From positions 1 through 36,480 of the IMG/VR virus record IMGVR_UViG_3300005573_000188: a stretch of 36,480 bases of DNA. One strand, 5' to 3'. The position numbers and the translations under genes are program-made. Below are positions 24,539-31,700 of the stretch, piece after piece. This DNA comes from a virus. Taxonomy: Duplodnaviria > Caudoviricetes. The notes beneath the pieces were generated by a model. It was given only the letters and a program-made list of their open reading frames with translations. It was not told the origin of the DNA and ran no database searches. The first letter of the stretch is position 1. Each line of letters opens with the position of its first letter.

Positions 24539-24908
24539 TGGAGACCACCTCGCCGTTTGCCTTCGCGAGCGCGGCGCGGGCTGTTTGAAGGAGATAATAG
24601 TCTAAGGGCAATCGCCGCCCAACAGGAATAGAGTCCAACAGGTATTCAATTTTCGATAGCGCCTCATGCAGGTCGGGGGCCGAAAGCACCAAGCGAGCAT
24701 TGGCGATGAGTTCTTCTTCGCTCTCAACTCTGGGAAATCCGAACTCGTGCCCAGGTTTTCGTTGCAGCATCGAAACCTCCCCGAGAATCTTCTCGCCTTT
24801 AGCGAAGGTGACAGATCTCGTAGAAAAACCCTCGCAGATGGTCGAGGGCCCGCAGAGCGGGTTGAGGTCTTCGTGGAAGTTCCAGGGTCCAGGAGTGAAT
24901 TTACCCAT
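24531..24908 (-). CDS. Conserved phage hypothetical protein
   Basis: FTPGPW..ANARLVLSAPDLHEAL pattern common in phage early genes. Confidence 0.7.
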   Translation of the reverse strand: MGKFTPGPWNFHEDLNPLCGPSTICEGFSTRSVTFAKGEKILGEVSMLQRKPGHEFGFPRVESEEELIANARLVLSAPDLHEALSKIEYLLDSIPVGRRLPLDYYLLQTARAALAKANGEVVSNG

Positions 24909-25153
24909 CACAGCACCCCTTCCTTTACCGCTTCCACAGCGCGGTAAAAGCGGCCGACCGGGCACAGGCTGTGGTGATTCGCCGGGTCTTCCGGCTCGAT
25001 TGTGATTGAGCCGCAGATGCAATTGGTGAGGGGCGGAGCTGACAAGAGCAGCCATCCGGCCAAAGCGACACCGGCGTAGATCAGTTCGATTAGGGGGGTA
25101 TTTGTATCAGGGCCGGGAGATGACCCGCGCGAAGAGATAGGAATAAGAGACAT
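24908..25153 (-). CDS. Small membrane protein, first gene of the leftward early operon
   Basis: GAGG SD, one TM segment, Cys/His motif. Confidence 0.55.
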   Translation of the reverse strand: MSLIPISSRGSSPGPDTNTPLIELIYAGVALAGWLLLSAPPLTNCICGSITIEPEDPANHHSLCPVGRFYRAVEAVKEGVL

Positions 25154-25305
25154 GTAGACCTCGGACAGCGGCGGTGAGGCCGCAGAAGAGAGCTGTGAGG
25201 CTCAGAGGCAAGGCGCGACGGGAAGATATCCCTTGGTCGCACCTGGCGGTTGCGCGAGGTTTGTCTCGATTGTAGCTCAGGGGAGACGCCCCTCACAGGG
25301 AAAAA

Positions 25306-25346
25306 GCTGATGGACCAAACCTAAACCCGGTCCATCAGCCTGTCAA
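25306..25346 (-). promoter_or_regulatory. Sigma70-type leftward promoter with an 11-bp inverted repeat around the -10
   Basis: Minus strand TTGACA-17 bp-TAGGTT. Perfect arms GCTGATGGACC (25306-16) and GGTCCATCAGC (25329-39). Confidence 0.7.
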
Positions 25347-25426
25347 CAAGAATCGACAAAAGTTTTTCACAGGTGCCGTACCGCTACCGGAATCCGCCTG
25401 CAAACTTTCAGGAATGCTCAGAGCAT

Positions 25427-25507
25427 GAACCGACAAAACCGACAAAACCATTGCTCGAACCCTTTTTGTCAGTTTTGGCGGTTCCTGTTCTGGACAAATC
25501 CAGAACA
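25427..25507. repeat. Two adjacent inverted repeats containing GACAAA units
   Basis: 21-bp arms at 25427-47 and 25464-84 (19/21 match), and perfect TGTTCTGGA-CAAA-TCCAGAACA at 25486-507. Confidence 0.85.
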
Positions 25508-25556
25508 TTTGATGCACCAGCGGGATGGTTCGCGCGGCAACCGAATAGTCTGCCCG

Positions 25557-25889
25557 TCACGTCTTCATTAGCCCTTGCTCTTCTGCGGCAGCAACTTCCT
25601 TGCCGCGCGTCTCGTCCCCGACAATGGCCTTCTGATCGTGATCCATGGAAAACGTGTGGTTCAGGACGCGGCAAAGCAGCGTAGCCACGTCCTTAGCTAC
25701 CCCTTTGCCATGCACGGCCACGCGGCCAGCCCAAGACGAGATCGTCTCGTCGGGAACGGGGTCTAGGAGCAGCGTGGCGAGCGCCTCGTCATCCTGTACC
25801 GCTTCCCGGCGCAGATAGCCCTCGTGGAGCACGGTTTCGCTTGCGGTTGCAATCTGTGCCGGAGTGAGCGGCGTTTCAGGATTTCCCAT
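25557..25889 (-). CDS. Hypothetical protein, last gene of the late operon
   Basis: 110 aa, AGGAG upstream, TGATG coupling. Confidence 0.65.
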   Translation of the reverse strand: MGNPETPLTPAQIATASETVLHEGYLRREAVQDDEALATLLLDPVPDETISSWAGRVAVHGKGVAKDVATLLCRVLNHTFSMDHDQKAIVGDETRGKEVAAAEEQGLMKT

Positions 25890-26005
25890 CAGTCCATTCT
25901 CCTATTACAGCACCAGCACCAGAACGGGTTATCGACCTGCCTGCCGCACCGCCAGCATGCGTCCGGCGAGCGAAGCCATTTTAAGAGTCGTTTCCAAAGG
26001 TTCAT
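25889..26005 (-). CDS. 38-aa Cys/Trp-rich peptide
   Basis: MNLWKRLLKWLRSPDACWRCGRQVDNPFWCWCCNRRMD, coupled at both ends. Confidence 0.5.
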   Translation of the reverse strand: MNLWKRLLKWLRSPDACWRCGRQVDNPFWCWCCNRRMD

Positions 26006-26703
26006 GGATTTCCTTTCATTGCCTTGAATATCTCAATCCCAAAATAGGTAGGCTGGGCCATTTCACCTGCTGCTTTAGCATACCGCCATCCTTTCAGCAT
26101 CCAGCAAAAATGTCCCTTGCATGGCGGAGGGTACAGAACGGCGTGGAACTTGCGCTCAAAGTCGCCGGATACCAGCGAAGCATTGCGCGAGGTTTCGGCC
26201 AGATTCGCCAGCGTTTCACCGATGGCCGGATTGCTCACCTGCCGATTCAGCGAATCGGTTGCTGTCCTGAGCGACGTTAGTTCCGCTGCGGCGCTCGATT
26301 CTACGGGCTCGAGCCCCTGGATGGTCGTGTTAGCCGTCTGGATGGTCTTCATCGCGTTCTGCGTCAGTTCCGTGGCCGCGCCGGTCATCTGGGAGAGTTG
26401 CTTGGCTTCGTTGTGCGAATCCGCGCCGATCTGCTGCGCTTGTGCCTGAATCGTCTTCATCGTAGCCGTGGATTGATTCAGAAATGCCGTCATCGCGTCT
26501 GCCGTCCTGCCTACCTTTCCGAGCGTCGTGTTGATCTGGGCCAGCTCCGGTTGGATTGCCTTAGCCGACTGCGCAGAAACAGCAAGCGCCGCTTTGTGGG
26601 CGGCGCGCTGTGTGGCTATGGGGAGGTAGACCAGGGTTCCGGCAAAGGCGAGCAAGGCGATACTGGCCGAGATGTGCTCGAACTTGATCGGGATGCGCTT
26701 CAT
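26002..26703 (-). CDS. Membrane-anchored coiled-coil protein (possible spanin-like lysis accessory)
   Basis: N-terminal TM, long Ala/Thr/Gln heptads, located in the lysis block. Confidence 0.55.
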   Translation of the reverse strand: MKRIPIKFEHISASIALLAFAGTLVYLPIATQRAAHKAALAVSAQSAKAIQPELAQINTTLGKVGRTADAMTAFLNQSTATMKTIQAQAQQIGADSHNEAKQLSQMTGAATELTQNAMKTIQTANTTIQGLEPVESSAAAELTSLRTATDSLNRQVSNPAIGETLANLAETSRNASLVSGDFERKFHAVLYPPPCKGHFCWMLKGWRYAKAAGEMAQPTYFGIEIFKAMKGNP

Positions 26704-27206
26704 CAGGCCGCCGGCGGAGCCGGAGCCGCACCAGCACCGGCGAGCTGCTTCACCCAAGTCTCGACTGCAGGAATCAGGACCTTGCACTCATCTTCGATAA
26801 AGGTAGCAATTTTAATGATTGTATTTTTCAGCTGAGTATCCTTGATATCTAAGCTTAAAAGAGTAGAAGGAATGGTCGCCGCAAAGTTCTTAAATTGTGC
26901 CAGGAAAGAGCCGCCTGAGTTTGCAGCGTTTGCCGATGCCAGAAGACCTGCCAGGCCGTCTTGGATAGTTGAGAGCACAAAAGCCGCTTCAGGGGCAACT
27001 GCTGTGTCTGCGATGGTAATTGCGCCCACTACCATAGGCGCCAGCTGGTTTATGAAGTTGAGCACCATCGAGAGCCCAGTCGGGGAATGATGAAACAGCC
27101 AAATGAAAGCTCTTGCGAATCGAGCGAGGCTTGTCAAAGGATGCGCAAAAAAATACTCTACGTCAACCTCCGCTTTGTGGAACGCTGAAACAAAAATGTC
27201 AGACAT
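26703..27206 (-). CDS. Hydrophobic helical hypothetical protein (lysis block)
   Basis: 167 aa, AGGAG SD, lower GC. Confidence 0.7.
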   Translation of the reverse strand: MSDIFVSAFHKAEVDVEYFFAHPLTSLARFARAFIWLFHHSPTGLSMVLNFINQLAPMVVGAITIADTAVAPEAAFVLSTIQDGLAGLLASANAANSGGSFLAQFKNFAATIPSTLLSLDIKDTQLKNTIIKIATFIEDECKVLIPAVETWVKQLAGAGAAPAPPAA

Positions 27207-27241
27207 AGCAAAATCTCCTTTGCCGCAACGCCCGGCTGCGG

Positions 27242-27340
27242 TTAAGTAGGGTTTCTACCAGACCTCCTGTAGGCCTGGATGACGTGGTTGGTAAGAAGCA
27301 TAGTACCAATGATGCCCGCAGTCCACTGGTGCAAAGTCAT
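27242..27340 (-). CDS. 32-aa peptide
   Basis: MTLHQWTAGIIGTMLLTNHVIQAYRRSGRNPT, ATGA overlap. Confidence 0.35.
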   Translation of the reverse strand: MTLHQWTAGIIGTMLLTNHVIQAYRRSGRNPT

Positions 27341-27426
27341 ATATCAGTTTCAGCCGCCTTAAAAAAGGCGCTCACATCGACCTCGATGGTACTGAATGCA
27401 GACTTGAAAAAGTTTACGAATCCCAT
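27337..27426 (-). CDS. 29-aa amphipathic peptide similar to the N-terminus of 26703..27206
   Basis: MGFVNFFKSAFSTIEVDVSAFFKAAETDI, GAAAGGGAAA upstream. Confidence 0.45.
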   Translation of the reverse strand: MGFVNFFKSAFSTIEVDVSAFFKAAETDI

Positions 27427-27438
27427 GATGTTTCCCTT

Positions 27439-27642
27439 TCACGCCGGAGGCGTTGGTTTGGCTTTGTACTTGAAGACGATGCGGGTTGCGGCCGCAGCGC
27501 CAAGCATAAGCGAGTTGATGAGGTCATTGATGCCCTGATGCTGCATCAGAAAGGTCTTCGCCGTCGGCGTCTGGAGGTAGTGAGAAACAGCTACCGCGAA
27601 CAGCACGAGGGCAAACGTTTCGATATGGCTGGAGTTCTTCAT
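27439..27642 (-). CDS. Putative holin
   Basis: 67 aa, two hydrophobic segments, basic C-terminus, ATGA overlap with the endolysin. Confidence 0.55.
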   Translation of the reverse strand: MKNSSHIETFALVLFAVAVSHYLQTPTAKTFLMQHQGINDLINSLMLGAAAATRIVFKYKAKPTPPA

Positions 27643-28181
27643 GCGCGCGCTCGGTTGAGAAGGCCGTTGAGATACGGCAAGAGAGCGGGACGGACGGCTA
27701 CCAGATGGCGGTAGAAGCCCTCCTGCGAGCTACGCTGCGCTGCGATGAGCCGCGCAGGGTCAACTGAGTTTACCGCCTTCAGCGTCTGGGGTCCAAAAAT
27801 TCCATCCACCGTAATCGCGCAGCCGCATCCATTCAGACACCGCTGGAGAATCGTCACCGCTTCCGGTTTGCCTTCATTCACGGCGAAGCTGAGAAGGCGG
27901 TCGGCAACCTCCTGCGATGCGATCTGGTCGATGTGGAGAGCCGCGATGTAGGCTACGCCATAGGTTTCCTCAGCGATTGTCAGCGCCTCATCGTGGCCGA
28001 TCCTGGGAGCGCCGTGGACCAGCTCGTAGAAGCCGCGGGCAACCAGCTCGGGATGCCAACGCGAAGCAAGTCCGAAGCGGGTAGGTCCGCCGGCGTCTCC
28101 CGGCAGAGTGGTGATATCGCCGGTCAGGCGCGAGTCTTCCTGGCGCAGCACAAACTGCACCGCATCATCTGCGTTAGCCAT
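27639..28181 (-). CDS. Endolysin, glycoside hydrolase family 108 with peptidoglycan-binding region
   Basis: QE..GDAGGPTRFGL, FAVNEG, LQRCLN..VDGIFGPQTLKAV, YLNGLLNR. Confidence 0.9.
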   Translation of the reverse strand: MANADDAVQFVLRQEDSRLTGDITTLPGDAGGPTRFGLASRWHPELVARGFYELVHGAPRIGHDEALTIAEETYGVAYIAALHIDQIASQEVADRLLSFAVNEGKPEAVTILQRCLNGCGCAITVDGIFGPQTLKAVNSVDPARLIAAQRSSQEGFYRHLVAVRPALLPYLNGLLNRARA

Positions 28182-28197
28182 AAGTGATCCTTTGTTG

Positions 28198-28211
28198 GTT
28201 CCACGTGGAAC
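28198..28211. promoter_or_regulatory. parS-like palindrome GTTCCACGTGGAAC
   Basis: Perfect 14-bp intergenic palindrome matching the core of the bacterial chromosomal parS consensus TGTT(T/C)CACGTG(A/G)AACA. Confidence 0.65.
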
Positions 28212-28240
28212 GTAGGGACAGCTAGTATATTAGTCTTCGC

Positions 28241-28777
28241 CTACCAGACGACAGCCTGTACTTCAGAGATCGTGGTGGCTGCTGTAATGCTAGCTTGCAG
28301 AGTCTTTAGCTTGCTCCATGCGGCGGCAGATTGACTTAATATCGCTTCCGCTAGAGTCTGCAATTGTGCGGGGGTCAATGTCTGTGCTACCCCGTTAACA
28401 TCTGCCAGCGGTACGGCGGAAGGCTTTGTACTCATCCCGGCGAACACGGCTAGATACTTAGCTAGATTGTTCTGTGTCGCCTCATCCGTTGGGAAGCTGA
28501 GAGTGTTGGAACCAACTACAATAGAAACAGGAGTAGCATACGTAGCTGTGCTATATGCAGCCGCTATAACGTTAGCCTGTTGCATTTTAGCGTTACTGAG
28601 TTGTACTGCTGCTAATGCTGTAGCTAGTTCCGTATCTGTTGGTTGTGTACCTATGCCCGCGTTCCAATAAACAATGCTTGCGTTACCAGTGCTATCAGTA
28701 GTTGCAGTCCAAGCATGTCCTAGTAAAGCTGTCGGGAAAATGTAGTTAACTGCTTGCTGTAGTTGTTGTGTTGTCAT
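28241..28777 (-). CDS. Tail fibre assembly chaperone (XkdW-like N-terminus plus DUF4376-like)
   Basis: IVYWN..QPTDTEL, and ..KTLQASITAATTISEVQAVVW ending, directly after the fibre gene. Confidence 0.75.
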   Translation of the reverse strand: MTTQQLQQAVNYIFPTALLGHAWTATTDSTGNASIVYWNAGIGTQPTDTELATALAAVQLSNAKMQQANVIAAAYSTATYATPVSIVVGSNTLSFPTDEATQNNLAKYLAVFAGMSTKPSAVPLADVNGVAQTLTPAQLQTLAEAILSQSAAAWSKLKTLQASITAATTISEVQAVVW

Positions 28778-28781
28778 ATTT

Positions 28782-31700
28782 TTACCCCAGTTCTACTAAA
28801 TTTAATCCCGCTTGTGTGACATAAACAGCATCACTAGAGGTCGTGTAACCTTGTAATTCGATAGTGTGGGATGCAGCATTAAGACTTAGTAACGTTGTAA
28901 ACGTGTAGTTACCGATGCCGTTCCCATCCGTGTATTGAATTTTAGGCTGTGTATACAAGCTACCATCCACCACGAAACCAAATGCAAAGGGTTGATTAGT
29001 CGTTGATGTAGCCGTCGTCAGTGATACTGCACCAGCCGTTAAGCTGTTGTTAGTCCAGTCGGACGGAACACTAAAACTAGCTGTAGCAGACGTGTACCCA
29101 CTGCCTGAGTTACTAATGTTGATACCATTTATCGTATACGTCGTGCTGGTGATAATGTATTGTCCTGTAACTGCGTCAAAACGACCTGAAGTTACCACGC
29201 TGTGTGTAAACTGTGCGGTTGCTCCCGTACCATCTCCTGTTATTGTGATAGATGGAAAATCAGGAGGAGCTCCCGAGCCGGACACAACATAGGATGCACT
29301 ACCGCTATATGCAATGCTCGATACTTGACCGCCTTGGGTGGCAGATTCAACAAACACGTTGCAAGATATTAACAACATGTTTCCGTTTGATGTAAACGTC
29401 ACAGCTAAATCCGTGGGGGTGCTACCCGATGATGAGGGAGTCACCAGCCCCGCGCCTTGATTGGCGGGCAATGTAGCTAGTGACGAGGGTAATGAGTGTT
29501 GCCCTTGATATGAACCTTGAAATTTGTTTTTCAGTTGCAAATTGGATAGAGCGTCAATAGCTCCCTGTGTCTCTTGACTCATCGCAGAGTGAACAAATTG
29601 CGTGTTGGGCGTTTGAAATGCACTCGCCGAAACTCTGGTGTAATTGGTCCCATCCGATAGATTATCGAGCGTGTGATTGCTTAAACTACTAGTAAGCGCT
29701 GCTGTATTTTGTGATGTGACATCGGCCCCGGCTTGTATTCGTATCCAAGCGTTCCATGCACTGTCCGTCCCATTGCCACTTCGCTTGTATGTATTGTTAC
29801 TAGTACCGTCTGTGTACCACTGCACGATCGGACCGCCGCTTGTATCAGTCCAAGAAACTTCTGAGTAGAGCATGACATATGTAGATACATCCGGCCCGTT
29901 TATGACGCTTTGTTCCTTAAATTCAGAGTAGAAACCTATCCCCAGCCCCCGATAATATGATGGCAAATCGTTCGTTGTACGATGATCCTGCACTTTCAGT
30001 GCGAGCGCGTGATTAGCACCCGTAACATCAGCCCCCGCCTGAGCAGGCTTGAGACTATCTACTGTCCCACCTGCTGTGTATGTTATGTAGTTGGCCGTCT
30101 TGTTCAGGTGTATGCTAGACGATAAATCTATCTGTGATGCACCAGCGAGTAAGTATCCTGATGTGAAATCTGCAAGATTAGCTTTATATGCGGTAGCCAC
30201 GCTACCCACTTCAAGTTGGGGGTTGCTCCACAAGATATTAGTATTCGTGGGCCACGTTGCATTGTCTGCGTCTAACACTACTTGAACTTCTGATACTCCA
30301 GAAGGCACTGTAAATGTTCCTGATACTCTGCCCTTCTTACCGGGTGGTTGAGAAAGTACGTAAAACAGAGTATTACCGGGGGAGATTACGTCAATGTGCA
30401 ATGCTTGACCGGATGTGATGTTTGTTGCATCCATGTAGCAGCTAATCGTATATGTAACCCCCGCTGTAACAGGTATGTATTTACTGTAGAAATTAAAGTT
30501 GTGGGGACTACCTGTACCGGATGCTGTAACAGCATTTCCGCCACTCGCCCCTGCTCCATTGCTTATGACCGCGTACCCTCTGTTATATCCGGTCGGCCAG
30601 TATGTAAAGCCAAAGACAAAATCGGAGTCAGGCACTAAGTTAGTCTGTGTTCCTGTGGATGCAAGGTTAATAGTGGTAGATGGTACCCCATCGACTAGGC
30701 TAGTGTCTTTAGCTGTGTTTAAGCTAGTGACATCGGCACCGGCTTGTGCGGGTTGCAAGTCAAACACATAAGGGCCGCCGCTGCCATAGGTGAGCACCGG
30801 CCCGTTGCCGCCGGAGCCGAACACCGGCCAGCGAGGGTAGGCGATACTCAGCGGGTGATTGGTGACGGTGTTCCAAAGCGAGAACGATCCGTTGGAGCGC
30901 ACCGACCTCACGCGCACGCCGATGTTCTGGTACTGTCCGGTGGAGATCCCGTTGATGAACTTGTAAGTGGCCGAGCCGCTCACCGCGCCCGCGTCGATCC
31001 ACTCAGACGAGTACGTGTTGGTGACTGGATTGAAGGTGGGTGAGAGGATGACGGGCTCGATCACGCCCGCGTTGGTGTCGAACTGGTACTGCACCTCGAT
31101 CTTGCCGCCGCTCGTGACATAGGAATCGTCGGGAGCTGTCCACGTCACCAGCAGGCGCGGGACCGTCGTCCCGTCAGCGAGCGTCTGGACGGTGGTCGAG
31201 TCGTCCTCGATGGCGAGATTTCCCGGAGCGGGAACATTGTAGGCCGTTCCGGACGGGGTGAAGGTGTACGCGCGGACGCCGCTCAAGCTCTGCTCCTGAT
31301 TGCCAGCCTGGTTGAAGCTAGTGAACTTGAAGTAGAGTGGCACGCCGATGTATTGATTGGGGAAGTCGTACTGGAACACTCCCGCTGTTCCGAGAAAGCT
31401 AAACTCTGCACCTATGGCATGAGCGGCGATGGCCGTCCCATGAACGCCGCGGCGTAGGTAGGTCAGGTTATAGCGATTGGCCCCCGTCAGGTTCGCCGTC
31501 TCGAAGCTCACCAGCTCGACCGCGCCGCTCGCGTCCACGATAGCCGCCAGCGTGGCAAAGGCATCCGCCTGCGCCTGTGTGGCGCTCACCAGCGAGCCGC
31601 CTGAAATCGACAGATCGACCGAGAGCGTGTCGGTAGTGTCGGGGTCCGAGCCGGAGGCGAGCGGAGCGCTGAGGATGCCCGTCGTGCCGCTGGCCTTCAC

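Noticed and set aside
25373-25684. ORFs across the 25.4-kb repeat region
   Set aside because: The TKPTKP and FVGFVG peptides are translations of the DNA repeats, and the ORFs overlap a better-supported gene.
28782-30775. Diversity-generating retroelement or invertible tail-fibre system
   Set aside because: I found no reverse transcriptase, no adenine-variant TR/VR pair, no invertase and no inverted fibre copy.
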